DNA of 54,482 bases from an uncultured Gemmatimonadota bacterium (lineage in GTDB: Bacteria > SM23-81 > DAOVCL01). The stretch's first letter is position 1. Every line of letters begins with the position of its first letter. The stretch spans positions 1 through 54,482 of the forward strand of contig CAZVGK010000024.1 in the NCBI GenBank assembly GCA_964626665.1, in the 5' to 3' direction. Shown piece by piece: positions 37,875 to 47,442 of the stretch. Position numbers and translations under genes: made by a program. The notes beneath the pieces are model-generated. The model searched no databases. It worked only from the letters and a program-made list of their open reading frames with translations, and was not told the DNA's origin.

Positions 37875-39251
37875 TTATCGTTCCCCTCCCTTGAGCTGAC
37901 AGGCTAAGGATTCCCTTGCCTTGTTGAGGTAGACAGAGACAGAAGAGAAATCCCTGGGCAAGGTGAGGGATTGGAAGAATATCTCCCCCACCTCCGGGAA
38001 GACTTTTCGCTCCAATGGCAATTTCCTTTCCTTACCGTCTATGGTCAAATCCACCGCACACTCCTTATACTTTCTGTGGCTCCTGAAGGTTATCGCCAAG
38101 GGGCGACCTGCAGATGAGCTCTCCCCTAAGGAGAGGAGAAGCAGACTTCGCTGGTTGAGGTCAAAGGCATCCGCCGGGATGTAGAGGAGCCCATAGGAGG
38201 CCTTGCCCCCCTTCCGCAACTTCTGCAGGGAATGGGAGAGGAAGATCCTGGGAGAACGGCTATTGGTCCCTGTCCAGGCAAAGCTCACCCTCTTGGGATG
38301 GAAGAGGACGGCCAGGCTATCTTTCTTCACTTCGTTGGTCAGCAGGATGAACCCTGGCTTGATACCGTGGTGCATCTGTCTCCAATCCCACATTCCCTCA
38401 TCCCACTTTCCGCTCCACGCTGGTCTGTGATACCTGACTTTAACCAGCTTCTCCTTTGTGGGGACGAAAGAGAGGTTATGGAAATCTGTCTCCCCTCCCA
38501 TAGCGAAAAAGACCTTGGCGCAAAAGTTGATGGAGGTATTTTCCTTTGGCTTTTTGCCCTTTCCCTTATAGGTGAACTGGGAGACCTGGTAGATTATGGG
38601 AGCGCCTGGTTCAATGCCAACCTTCTTATTGACCTCTAATCCTTCCTTTCCCTTAAAGGAGAAGTGGTAATTGAAGAGTGGTTGACGCTCACTCCTCCCC
38701 CTGATATAATTGGCGTTCCACAGTTCATCTGGTTTTCCCATTCCAGAGACTGATTCCTCGACCCCACCCAACTCCACATAGCCGTTCTTGTCATACTTGC
38801 CCGTACCATAGAGATGGTTTACCCCTTTGGTCCACAGCTCCCAAATCCTGGCTCCATAATGAGGGGCGACCACCGCCTTGAGGAAGGAATTTTCCAGGAT
38901 GTTTTCCTTGAATCCATCGCCGTTGATATCTTGAGCGTATAAGAGAGGCTGAGGCACATTGGGCTGCTCAACCCTTTGAGGGGGGGTTGGTGGGATTTGC
39001 TCCGCAATTACCCTTTTAGTTTCCTCAGGATCTAAGACCAGGTAATCACCCCGCTTGACCTCCCAGGGAAGGAGGCATTCCCGCAGGACCTTCGCCTTTT
39101 TCCCCTTTACCTTTTTGGGCAACCTAAGTGATTTCCTGGCCATACCTTTGACCTTTACCAGGCATTCCACCTGAGAGCATTGGAGGCCTTCTTCGTTCTT
39201 ATATTGTCTTTTCCTCTTAACCTTTAATACATTTACCAGCAGTCTCTGCAT
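37875..39251 (-). CDS. Hypothetical basic protein with mutarotase-like beta-sandwich (DUF1926/DUF5107-like)
   Basis: DINGDGFKENILENSFLKAVVAPHYGARIWEL; Lys/Arg-rich N-terminus; stop 1 nt from the ligase ATG. Confidence 0.65.
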   Translation of the reverse strand: MQRLLVNVLKVKRKRQYKNEEGLQCSQVECLVKVKGMARKSLRLPKKVKGKKAKVLRECLLPWEVKRGDYLVLDPEETKRVIAEQIPPTPPQRVEQPNVPQPLLYAQDINGDGFKENILENSFLKAVVAPHYGARIWELWTKGVNHLYGTGKYDKNGYVELGGVEESVSGMGKPDELWNANYIRGRSERQPLFNYHFSFKGKEGLEVNKKVGIEPGAPIIYQVSQFTYKGKGKKPKENTSINFCAKVFFAMGGETDFHNLSFVPTKEKLVKVRYHRPAWSGKWDEGMWDWRQMHHGIKPGFILLTNEVKKDSLAVLFHPKRVSFAWTGTNSRSPRIFLSHSLQKLRKGGKASYGLLYIPADAFDLNQRSLLLLSLGESSSAGRPLAITFRSHRKYKECAVDLTIDGKERKLPLERKVFPEVGEIFFQSLTLPRDFSSVSVYLNKARESLACQLKGGER

Positions 39252-39437
39252 CTTGCCCTCGCTCTGTGAACAACCCTCTTGTCTGGGATGCCCCCTGGTA
39301 GCCCGCTAGGAAACGGGCGCTATGATTGCACAGTTCTACAACCTCTTCCTTGGCAGTGTCCCATTTTATAGGGGGTGCCTCCCTCAGTCCAATGTAAGAT
39401 CGGGAGTTACTTACAAACCATTCTGTGAAACAGAAGG

Positions 39438-39466
39438 AATATAAACAACCATACTTCATTTGTCAA
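39438..39466 (-). promoter_or_regulatory. Sigma-70 promoter of the ligase operon
   Basis: TTGACA-N17-TATATT. Confidence 0.6.
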
Positions 39467-39729
39467 GTACTAACAGGTGAGGCAAATCGTAGTGCCCCAT
39501 TTTATATGGGGAATCACCTTTCGCCCGATGTGGAATAACAGTCCACAGAGGTCAGTGATCAGTTATCAGGGGTTCTTTCCCTTCACTTTCTCAATCTTGG
39601 GTGGTAGAACCCCGCTCTGCCATCTTCCTTTTGGAGCTATCTGTATAGTTTATTAACTAATCGTTTTATAAAAAAATGCCAGAAACTTTTCCCCTGGCTA
39701 TTTCACTTTTATTCCCATTTGAGCCGTTT

Positions 39730-40572
39730 TTAAAAGATGCTGAATTTTAAATACCTCTTGGGATTTTGCTTAATATCCCTGACCAGGCTATCCATATCCT
39801 GGCTGAGACTTTTTAGGTTCTCGTAGAGGGCCTCATCCTGGGAGAGCTTTCCCAAGGTGCCGCTTCCCTGCTCCATTCTTTCCGCTATTTCCTTTAAGGA
39901 GGAGGATACCTGAGCTAAATTACTGGTTGCTTCCTTTAAGGAGCCTAAAGTTGCCTCTATATCCTCTCCCTTCAGACCTGATGATGTGCGGGTTAGGTGG
40001 ACCAGTAAGGTATCTAAAGTCTCTCCATTCTCCTGCATCTTTTGGGTGAAATCCCTCAGGTCGCTCAGGCTCCCTTGGATGTTCCCGCGGGCTTCCTGGT
40101 TGAGGACCAATTTTAGCCTCCCCAGGACATCGGTCAAGTCTTCCCCCACCGGACCAACCGTGGAGGTTACCGCGGCCAGGGGGGATTCATATACTCCGGC
40201 GATATAGTCGCCATCTTTCAGGATTTGAGGGTTTTGTCCTGGCTCGATGGCCATCTCCTTTCGGCCAAATAAGCTGGAGCTTCTCAGTCTGACTATAGAA
40301 TCAAAGGGAAGCCGGAGATCGGACTCAATCCGCAGAGGAACCTTTACCTCTTCCCCCTGGAGGGACATCTTCCCTACCCTACCCACTCCCATACCCATCA
40401 CGGTTACCCTATCCCCCTGCATCAAGCCGCTGACATTTCTCAGCTTCGTCTGCAACACATACCCATGTTTGCCTATGGACACCCCCCTGAGGAACATATC
40501 TCCCAAGAGGTAGACCAAAAAGGCAATGATGATGGCCATACCAACCTTTGTCTCCGTCTCAAACCTTCTCAT
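39730..40572 (-). CDS. mlaD: MlaD/MCE family protein
   Basis: ETKVG TM anchor, VSGL..GDRV...G..VG.V, C-terminal DIKQNPKRYLKFSIF; ATG 40572 with GGAGG. Confidence 0.9.
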   Translation of the reverse strand: MRRFETETKVGMAIIIAFLVYLLGDMFLRGVSIGKHGYVLQTKLRNVSGLMQGDRVTVMGMGVGRVGKMSLQGEEVKVPLRIESDLRLPFDSIVRLRSSSLFGRKEMAIEPGQNPQILKDGDYIAGVYESPLAAVTSTVGPVGEDLTDVLGRLKLVLNQEARGNIQGSLSDLRDFTQKMQENGETLDTLLVHLTRTSSGLKGEDIEATLGSLKEATSNLAQVSSSLKEIAERMEQGSGTLGKLSQDEALYENLKSLSQDMDSLVRDIKQNPKRYLKFSIF

Positions 40573-41311
40573 ATTCCTCCCTTCCATACTTCGAGCTGAG
40601 CACAAATTGTTTCACCACTGGATCATCTGCTTCCAGCAATTCTTCCGGGGTTCCCGCGAATCTAATTACCCCCTGGTGGAGCATAGCTATTCGATTGGCC
40701 ATTCGAGAGACGGCTACTATTTCGTGGGTCACTATGATGGAGGTAACGGACAGCTTCCTGTTTAGGTAGTCGATGAGTTGATTTATCTTCCGGGCGGTGA
40801 TTGGATCAAGTCCAGTAGTGGGTTCATCATAGAGGAGGAATTGGGGATCCATAGCTATCGCCCGGGCGAAGGCCACCCTTTTCTTCATTCCCCCAGAGAG
40901 TTGGGCAGGAAGCCTATTCTCCACCCCTTTTAAGCCCACATGGTCCAAACACCAGCCTATCTTCCTCTTTATCTCCTCCTTGGGAAGCTTTGTATGCCTG
41001 CGCAGGCCCAGTCCCACATTCTCCTCCACGGTGAGGGAATCGAAGAGGGCAGATCCCTGGAAGACCATACCAAATTTCTTCCTTATTTCCACCAACTCTT
41101 TGTATTTAATCTTGGTTATATCCCTTCCATCGAGGAGCACGGAGCCAGAGTCCGGCTTGAGTAGGCCGATGATTAGCTTCAAGAGGACACTCTTCCCACA
41201 CCCACTCTCCCCGATTATGGCCACAGCCTTCCCCTCGTTGATCACCAGATCAATACCCCGGAGCACCTTAAGCTCCCCGAAGCTCTTTGTCAAATCCCGC
41301 AGCTCTATCAA
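40559..41311 (-). CDS. mlaF: MlaF ABC ATPase
   Basis: GESGCGKS, FQGSALFDSL, LSGGMKKRV, YDEPTTGLDP. Confidence 0.92.
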   Translation of the reverse strand: MIELRDLTKSFGELKVLRGIDLVINEGKAVAIIGESGCGKSVLLKLIIGLLKPDSGSVLLDGRDITKIKYKELVEIRKKFGMVFQGSALFDSLTVEENVGLGLRRHTKLPKEEIKRKIGWCLDHVGLKGVENRLPAQLSGGMKKRVAFARAIAMDPQFLLYDEPTTGLDPITARKINQLIDYLNRKLSVTSIIVTHEIVAVSRMANRIAMLHQGVIRFAGTPEELLEADDPVVKQFVLSSKYGREEYEKV

Positions 41312-41313
41312 AT

Positions 41314-42087
41314 CTAAAATCCTAAGAGGGCCGAGGCCCAGAAGTAGTCCACGACGAGGATGACGATGGAGGCGATGACTACGGAGTTGGTTGCCGCCTT
41401 CCCCACCCCCTCAGCCCCTTGGCTGGCGTAATATCCCTCGTAACAGCTAACAAAGGTTATGGTTAGGCCGAAGAAAACCGCCTTGATTAAACCAAAGTTG
41501 AGGTCAAATGTCTGGTAAACAGATTTAAAGCCGTAGAAGAATTGGTGGGTGGTCACGTTTGTCTTGGCCATAGAGGTTAACCAACCAGCGGTTATCCCAA
41601 TGGCATCGGCAAAGATGGTGAGGACCGGGACCATAATCATCCCCGCCGCCACCCGGGGGAGGATGAGGTAAGAGACCGGGTTGAAGGCCAGAGATTCCAG
41701 CGCATCTATCTGCTCGGTAACCCTCATTGTTCCCAGTTCGGCGGCAATTGTGGCCCCCACCTTACCCACTAAAATGAAGGCGGCCAGCAGGGGGCCGAAC
41801 TCCAGAAGGATGGTCTTCTCCATTGTGCTGCCTAAGAAGTAGAGGGGGGCATAACTCTGTAGGTTGTAGGCGGTTTGCAGCGAGATGGTCATCCCGGCCA
41901 AGATGGAGATGAAGAAAATGATGATTAAAGACCTGTTCCCAATGAGTAACATCTGCCTGATCAGGGGTTTGGCGTAAGTGCGAAAATCGGGAACGGCCCG
42001 CAACACCTCCCAGAACAATTTTACCATCCTCCCCAGGTGGAAGGAAAACTTGATTAGCTTTTTACCGATAAAGGCAATTGGATTCAT
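41314..42087 (-). CDS. mlaE: MlaE ABC permease
   Basis: EFGP, AELGTMRVTEQIDAL, GAEGVGKA; start placed at ATG 42087. Confidence 0.92.
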   Translation of the reverse strand: MNPIAFIGKKLIKFSFHLGRMVKLFWEVLRAVPDFRTYAKPLIRQMLLIGNRSLIIIFFISILAGMTISLQTAYNLQSYAPLYFLGSTMEKTILLEFGPLLAAFILVGKVGATIAAELGTMRVTEQIDALESLAFNPVSYLILPRVAAGMIMVPVLTIFADAIGITAGWLTSMAKTNVTTHQFFYGFKSVYQTFDLNFGLIKAVFFGLTITFVSCYEGYYASQGAEGVGKAATNSVVIASIVILVVDYFWASALLGF

Positions 42088-42318
42088 TCTGCAATAGTCT
42101 CTCGGGTTTTTTAGTGGATTCCCATAGGTTATGGTTGTTTGAAGTGCTGTTCTCAGCAAGTCGGAGGGTACAACTATGGGAGAAAAGATTCGACCTAAGG
42201 CGGCCCCCTCTCCAAATCTATTCCGTCCTTTATATCAAATTTTGGGGGGATCTGCAAGTCTTTTTTTGAAAAACCAGGGTTAGTAGTAGGGCCGACCGCT
42301 CGGTGGCTCCTGCATCCC

Positions 42319-43056
42319 TTAGGGGTTCTTCCTTCTCCTCTGCAACGCCTTTTGGGAGGCCCAGAGAAAGAAGATTCCTCCGCCCAGCATAGCTCCAAGG
42401 GCCGGAAGCGGGGGGATAAGGTCCACCGAGCCCAAGAAGGCATAGCGGAGGGCTTCCACCCCGTAGGTTAAGGGAAGCCCACAGGCCACTATCTGAAGTC
42501 CTAAGGGGAAGCTCACAAGGGGGATGAAAATTCCGGATAGGAAGATCATCGGAAGGCGCGCGGCATTGGCCAAGGTCATCGCATCGACTTCCCCTTTGAT
42601 GATCAAGGTGAGGAAGCAACCAAAGGCGGAGAAAAGAAAGCTGGAAAGCAGGACAGCGAGCACCAAGACAGCGGGGTTTATCAAGGAGGCTTTGAAAAAG
42701 AGGACAGCCACTGGGATCATCACCACGGAGACCAGAAGGCCGAAGATGACTCCACCCAGGACCTTGCCCAGGGCAACTCCCCACATAGTTACCGGAGCCA
42801 GGATAAGCCTTTCAAAGGAGCCTATCCTTCTCTCGAACATAATGGATGCCGTGGACATTGATGTGGTGCCAAAGATTAGGGACATAGCGATAAGTCCAGG
42901 AGCTAGATCCTTAACTCCTTGGGGGTTGCGCAGCAGAAAGGCTAAGGCAAAGACCAAGGGGAAGAGGATCCCCCAACTTATGGTGGGAGGCTTAAAATAG
43001 TAGGCCCGCAAGTCCTTCAGGGCGATGAACCAGGCTTTAATCAGCTCATCCTTCAT
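42319..43056 (-). CDS. ABC-2 type permease
   Basis: ERRIGSFERLILAP, FLSGIFIP, PLTYGVEALR. Confidence 0.88.
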   Translation of the reverse strand: MKDELIKAWFIALKDLRAYYFKPPTISWGILFPLVFALAFLLRNPQGVKDLAPGLIAMSLIFGTTSMSTASIMFERRIGSFERLILAPVTMWGVALGKVLGGVIFGLLVSVVMIPVAVLFFKASLINPAVLVLAVLLSSFLFSAFGCFLTLIIKGEVDAMTLANAARLPMIFLSGIFIPLVSFPLGLQIVACGLPLTYGVEALRYAFLGSVDLIPPLPALGAMLGGGIFFLWASQKALQRRRKNP

Positions 43057-43994
43057 TTCATCTTCTCCGCTTTGATTCCGGTAAGTTGCACAAAGGCCTC
43101 CTCCAAACTGGGCTCCTCGGTATGCAGGGAGGTGATGATCAGCCCTTTGCCCTCCGCAAATTTGGTTATTTCCGTTAAGGCCAAGGGGAGATTCCCCGCG
43201 CTAAGGTGAAAGTGATCCCTCTGGGTGCGCACCCCAGCAACTGAGGGAAGGGCGGATAGCTCCGGACTGAGCCCTTCGTTGCGGTCAAAGCTCACCCGGA
43301 TGCTGGGCTGGGCTGAGGCCCTGTTGCGGATGCCCTGAACCGTATCCAGAGCCAAAATTTTGCCTTTGTTGATAATGGCAATTCGGTCACAGAGCTTTCC
43401 CGCCTCAGCTATCTGGTGGGTGGTAAGGAAGACGGTTACCCCCTCCTGGTTTACCTCTTTTATTAAACGGTGCATCATCCGCACTGCCCGCACATCTAAG
43501 CCCAAGGTAGGCTCGTCCAAGAAAAGGAGTGGGGGATGATGGATCAGGGCACAGGCTATGGTCAATTTTCGCTTCATCCCCCGGGAGAGGGTGAGAAACT
43601 TCTTTTCCTTCTTCTCCAGAAGGTCAAACCGCTCTAAAAGCCCCAGTGCCCTCTTTCCTCTTTCTCCTTTGGGCACCCCATACATCTGGGCGGAGAAGAT
43701 GAGGTTATAATAACAGGTTAGGTCCGGGTAGAGGTTGGAGATATCCTGCACCACGCCGATGTGGGCTTTTACCTTTTTGGTTTGGGTCCGTAGGTCAAAT
43801 CCCAGCAAGCGAGCTTCCCCCTCGGTAGGGGTGATCAACCCGGAAAGCATCCGCACTGTGGTCGTCTTCCCTGCCCCGTTGGGGCCTAAGAACCCGAATA
43901 TTTCCCCCTCTTGCACGGAGAAATGGATATGGTTTACGGCGACTAAATCATCATATCTTCTGGTAAGACTGTGAACTTCGATGGCTTGCTTCAC
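43053..43994 (-). CDS. ABC-2 (DrrA-like) ATP-binding protein
   Basis: GPNGAGKTT, LSRGM, FLDEPT, PSLEEAF. Confidence 0.92.
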   Translation of the reverse strand: MKQAIEVHSLTRRYDDLVAVNHIHFSVQEGEIFGFLGPNGAGKTTTVRMLSGLITPTEGEARLLGFDLRTQTKKVKAHIGVVQDISNLYPDLTCYYNLIFSAQMYGVPKGERGKRALGLLERFDLLEKKEKKFLTLSRGMKRKLTIACALIHHPPLLFLDEPTLGLDVRAVRMMHRLIKEVNQEGVTVFLTTHQIAEAGKLCDRIAIINKGKILALDTVQGIRNRASAQPSIRVSFDRNEGLSPELSALPSVAGVRTQRDHFHLSAGNLPLALTEITKFAEGKGLIITSLHTEEPSLEEAFVQLTGIKAEKMK

Positions 43995-44022
43995 AGGTTT
44001 TCTCTCAACTCCCGCGGCCCTT

Positions 44023-44078
44023 CATAGCGCGGCAAGGCGGCAACCAAATAAGAGCCACAGATTAGACTGCTTTCACTG
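44023..44078 (-). repeat. Dispersed repeat family B copy
   Basis: Inverted near-identical copy of 21928-21983. Confidence 0.7.
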
Positions 44079-44117
44079 ACAATCGGGGATCTTCCTATTA
44101 ATTTTGAATAGATCGGG

Positions 44118-44568
44118 TTAAACCTTGATAGTTTCTAAGAATACTTCCAGTGCTTCCTCGGGGTTACCCGCAGCTTGCAACCTCTTTAGAACAGAAGGCC
44201 TACACAGGGTCCATTGCACCACTTGCACCATGCGGCGAAAGTTTCCCTTTTTACTGGGAGGGGTGATTATCAGGACAACGAGATCAACTGGGTGGCTTTT
44301 TTTTGAGTAATATCCAATTCCCTCCTCAAATCGTTCAAAGAACATCTTGGGCATAGCCACCGCGTTGCTGAGCACCCGAAAGACGACGGTGCAGCAGTCG
44401 GTAGGGGAGGGGTGCATAATCTCCTGCCGAAAACACGCGGCTCAACTGCTTGATGTTCTCAATGGCTACGCACTCATTGGCCAACTGCAGCATAGCTACA
44501 ATTGTCTCCAACTCCGAGCCAGCGGTGAGGTGTAGGTCGCTGTTTCTTGCGTTTATCCAAATTTTCAC
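44118..44568 (-). pseudogene. Frameshifted PTS EIIA (Ntr/Fru)-like domain
   Basis: Two overlapping ORFs in different frames; PVDLVVLIITP...LKRLQAAGNPEEAL resembles the EIIA C-terminus; phospho-His motif absent. Confidence 0.45.
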
Positions 44569-44802
44569 CCTAGCTATTTCCTGTTTTGATTTCTCCCTTA
44601 GGTTGAGTTCCCTTGCAATGACCTCTAATCCCCTCTTTTCTCTTTACGCTGGGTGGGTTCAATTAGAGTATTCACTTTACAAATCTCATCTCTATGCTTT
44701 GCCCTGTGGCAACCCCTTTCTCCCTTTTCCCTATCATCCCTGGGACCAAGCGATAGAACCAACTGGCCACGGGTATCTGAATCATAAAGCAACCAATCAC
44801 TC

Positions 44803-45027
44803 TCAGTCCACCTCAGTGGGAGACCTCATTGCCTCCACGAAGTTCTGAGGTCGAGTGGGGATGACCATAATGAAGATCATTATGAAGACCAGGGGCAACA
44901 CCAGAGCCTTCAGGTGATGAGCTATGATAGGGAATGCCGCACCGAAAACAAAACCTACCACAATGGACAATATAACCCAAAGGGTCATATAGCCCCGGAA
45001 GATCTGGTTAAATCGCTGGAGTGACAT
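44803..45027 (-). pseudogene. N-terminal fragment of ACR3/bile acid:Na symporter-like transporter
   Basis: YMTLWVILSIVVG and two TM helices only; GGAG RBS. Confidence 0.5.
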
Positions 45028-45073
45028 CTCTCCTTTCCTCTGTGAGGTGGGATACCACCGTATTGGGTTGCCT

Positions 45074-45586
45074 CTAATTCTCTTCCTTTCCCCTCTCTAA
45101 CTTGGCAAGCCGCTCCTGGGATTCGGCTAACTGTCGCCTGAGAGCTGCTATCTCCTCCTTCAACCTGGAGAGCTCATTCCCCTCGAACTCCCCTGTGGGG
45201 GGGTTTACCTCTTTCCCTTCCTGATGGGTCTGGCTTTCATCACAAGGCTTTGCCCCCTGAATTTTCTCATCCAAGTAAGCCTCAACCACATCTTTAGCCT
45301 TCCCGCTGACTTTGGTGATCGGCTCGATGCCAAATTCCTGGAAGGACTGCATAGCCCGGTAGCCCATACCTCCGGCAATGATCACCTGTGCCCCTTGGCT
45401 ATTGATAAAGCTGGGGACCTGGCCTGGCTGTCCGTGTTCAGCGTAAAAGGGATTGGCCACGGACCTAGCCCTTTTGATCTCCTTTCCTTCCACATCCACC
45501 AGTATGTAGTAAGGGCAGCGTCCGAAGTGGTAGCTTAAGACGGCATCCAACCCCCGAGCATCGTCAGTGGCAACTGCGATACGCAT
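45074..45586 (-). CDS. NifB/NifX family Fe-Mo cluster-binding protein with C-terminal coiled coil
   Basis: MRIAVA, HFGRCPY, IAGGMG.RA; GGAGG RBS. Confidence 0.88.
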   Translation of the reverse strand: MRIAVATDDARGLDAVLSYHFGRCPYYILVDVEGKEIKRARSVANPFYAEHGQPGQVPSFINSQGAQVIIAGGMGYRAMQSFQEFGIEPITKVSGKAKDVVEAYLDEKIQGAKPCDESQTHQEGKEVNPPTGEFEGNELSRLKEEIAALRRQLAESQERLAKLERGKEEN

Positions 45587-45836
45587 TTTCTTTTCCTCCT
45601 TTGGTTAAAGCTGTCAAATTGAAAAGGGCAAAGTTAAAGATCATTTGCTCAAATTATGCGATAAACACCGAATGACCCCGAAATCATCGAAACATAAGTA
45701 AAATAAAGGCTTACAAAAAATGGCGTTTCGGCTTTGATGCATAATCTGGGATTTCTGCCTCCATCCTGTTGAGTTTACATCTTGACTTTTAAGCTGCAAT
45801 TCGCCCCCGACCCATGTTTTGCTCGCGGTTTTCCGT

Positions 45837-46172
45837 CTATGAGCCATTCAGGTGGTGTTCAATATTTCCCGCAATCTGGGTGAAAGCCTGAGCCATTTCA
45901 CCTCCCTTATCGGCTAAGACCAAGGGCTGTCCTCTATCTCCAGCCTTACGTGTCTCCACCCAAATGGGGATCCTCCCTAAAAACTGGACTCCCAATTCCT
46001 GGGCCATTTTCTCGCCCCCACCTGAGCTAAAGAGATCGATCGGGTAGCCGCATCGCGGACAGCGGAGTCCGGCCATATTCTCCATCACTCCAATGTGGGG
46101 CATCTGCAGTTTCCGTGCCATATACACCGCGCGGCGGGCATCCAAGAGGGCCACATCCTGTGGTGTGGTCAC
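45837..46172 (-). pseudogene. C-terminal fragment of Mrp/ApbC (NBP35) ATPase
   Basis: VTTPQDVAL, ENM..CPRC, FSSGGG, LGRIP; Walker A half missing. Confidence 0.8.
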
Positions 46173-46195
46173 CCGAAAAAGAAGTTTTTAACCGG

Positions 46196-46561
46196 TCAAA
46201 ATCTGGTAAAGATATACCTGTGTCGTTCAGCGGTTTCCTTAAGGACCTCCAAAGCGGCATCCAATATGCTGAAGATGCGCTCATCGGCCACTGAGTAATA
46301 CTTGTTTACCCCTTCCTTGCGCGAGATGATCAGTCCCACGCTCTTCAAAATGGCCAGATGGCGGGAGACAACGGAGATATCCACCCGCAGCTTAGGAGCG
46401 AGATCACAGGTGCACTTTTCCCCTTCGCGCAGCAGCTTGAGGATGGCGATTCTTTGGTCACAGGCCAAGGCGGCGAAGAGGCGGGTTCTGGGATCCTCCA
46501 TATACTTTTGGAACTTTCCCCATCCTCTGACCCTCCATAGTTTTCCTGGCTTAGGTGACAT
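46196..46561 (-). CDS. ArsR/SmtB family transcriptional regulator
   Basis: LFAALACDQRIAIL, EKCTCDL, VSRHLAILK..GLI; ATG 46561. Confidence 0.88.
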   Translation of the reverse strand: MSPKPGKLWRVRGWGKFQKYMEDPRTRLFAALACDQRIAILKLLREGEKCTCDLAPKLRVDISVVSRHLAILKSVGLIISRKEGVNKYYSVADERIFSILDAALEVLKETAERHRYIFTRF

Positions 46562-46574
46562 TTTAATTCCCTTT

Positions 46575-46620
46575 TTGCATAATCGTGCAATAATGTAATA
46601 AAGCCAAAATGGCTTGTCAA
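46575..46620 (-). promoter_or_regulatory. ArsR promoter with operator-like palindrome
   Basis: TTGACA-N17-TACATT; TTGCA-N6-TGCAA at 46575-46590 over the predicted start site. Confidence 0.6.
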
Positions 46621-46788
46621 GGAGTTTTTTTCGGCTTTTTGGGAAAAATTTAACGGAAGGAGCTGCTGAGGTTAAAGCGTGAGAATAGTTCACAAATCTG
46701 AGAGGGCGCATCATTAAGGGGATGCCCACTGAAAAGGAGGGGACAGACATAAATGCCTATTCCGCCAATAAATCTATTCCATTATCCT

Positions 46789-47009
46789 TAGCCCGACCTA
46801 TCCATAAATTCGGAGTAATACCTAAGCATCGTGAGGAGCTTTTAATCGTAGAGACCCCGATTTATCGGAGTCCGAGGGAGCGGACAGACCTCCCGACCCC
46901 TTGCGGCAGTCGGGACAAGTTCCGGTCTGTTCCTACACGAGAATACAGAATCCCGCTGATCCCAAGAGATTACCTCAATCCGCTATCAATTTATGAATAA
47001 TTCAGGATA
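46789..47009 (+). mobile_element. MITE-like element, family A
   Basis: TA-bounded TIRs TAGCCCGACCTATCCATAAATT and AATTTATGAATAATTCAGGATA; REP core 46848-46936. Confidence 0.75.
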
Positions 47010-47212
47010 GAGGGACAAATTGGTGGTTGAGGAGGACCAGCACTGAAGTGTAGCAGGTGGTAGAAGCGCCCTTCTGCCACCTTTTCCTTCGCGTCAGATA
47101 AGGAAACTGAGAGTTCAGGTTGGGTCTCTTTATCTCATCTTTTTTTGGGGGGGTTATCACTTACAATTCTGCCAGATCTTCTTTTCTTGACAAAGATTTT
47201 CAGGTTCCTTTG

Positions 47213-47430
47213 GGTAGAAGATTGCTACCACACTTAGTGAGGTAACGGATTAAAGCCCTAACAATCCCGGCTAAAGCCGGGTAGAAAGTTCCACCGCACT
47301 TTAGTGTAGATCTTAAGGCAATGACTAAGGCCTAATCTCTAATGACGAAAGGGTTTAAATCCTTGGAACCCTGAGAACTACGTGCTACGCGATCTACGAT
47401 ATTATTTGGTTGCGGCTTTGCTGCGCTGCG
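47213..47430. repeat. Composite dispersed repeat (family D plus family B end)
   Basis: CCCGGCTAAAGCCGGGTAGAA and CCGCACTTTAGTG units also at 169-193 and 35855-35953. Confidence 0.6.
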
Positions 47431-47442
47431 GATTTTGAGGTA

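Noticed and set aside
39252-39431. Known riboswitch in the ligase operon leader
   Set aside because: No match by eye to SAM, TPP, cobalamin, Moco, glycine, fluoride or cyclic dinucleotide consensus motifs
46722-47000. 92-aa ORF, and similar ORFs at 34298-34546, 35468-35872 and 21832-22023
   Set aside because: They coincide with MITE/REP repeats and have no protein motifs
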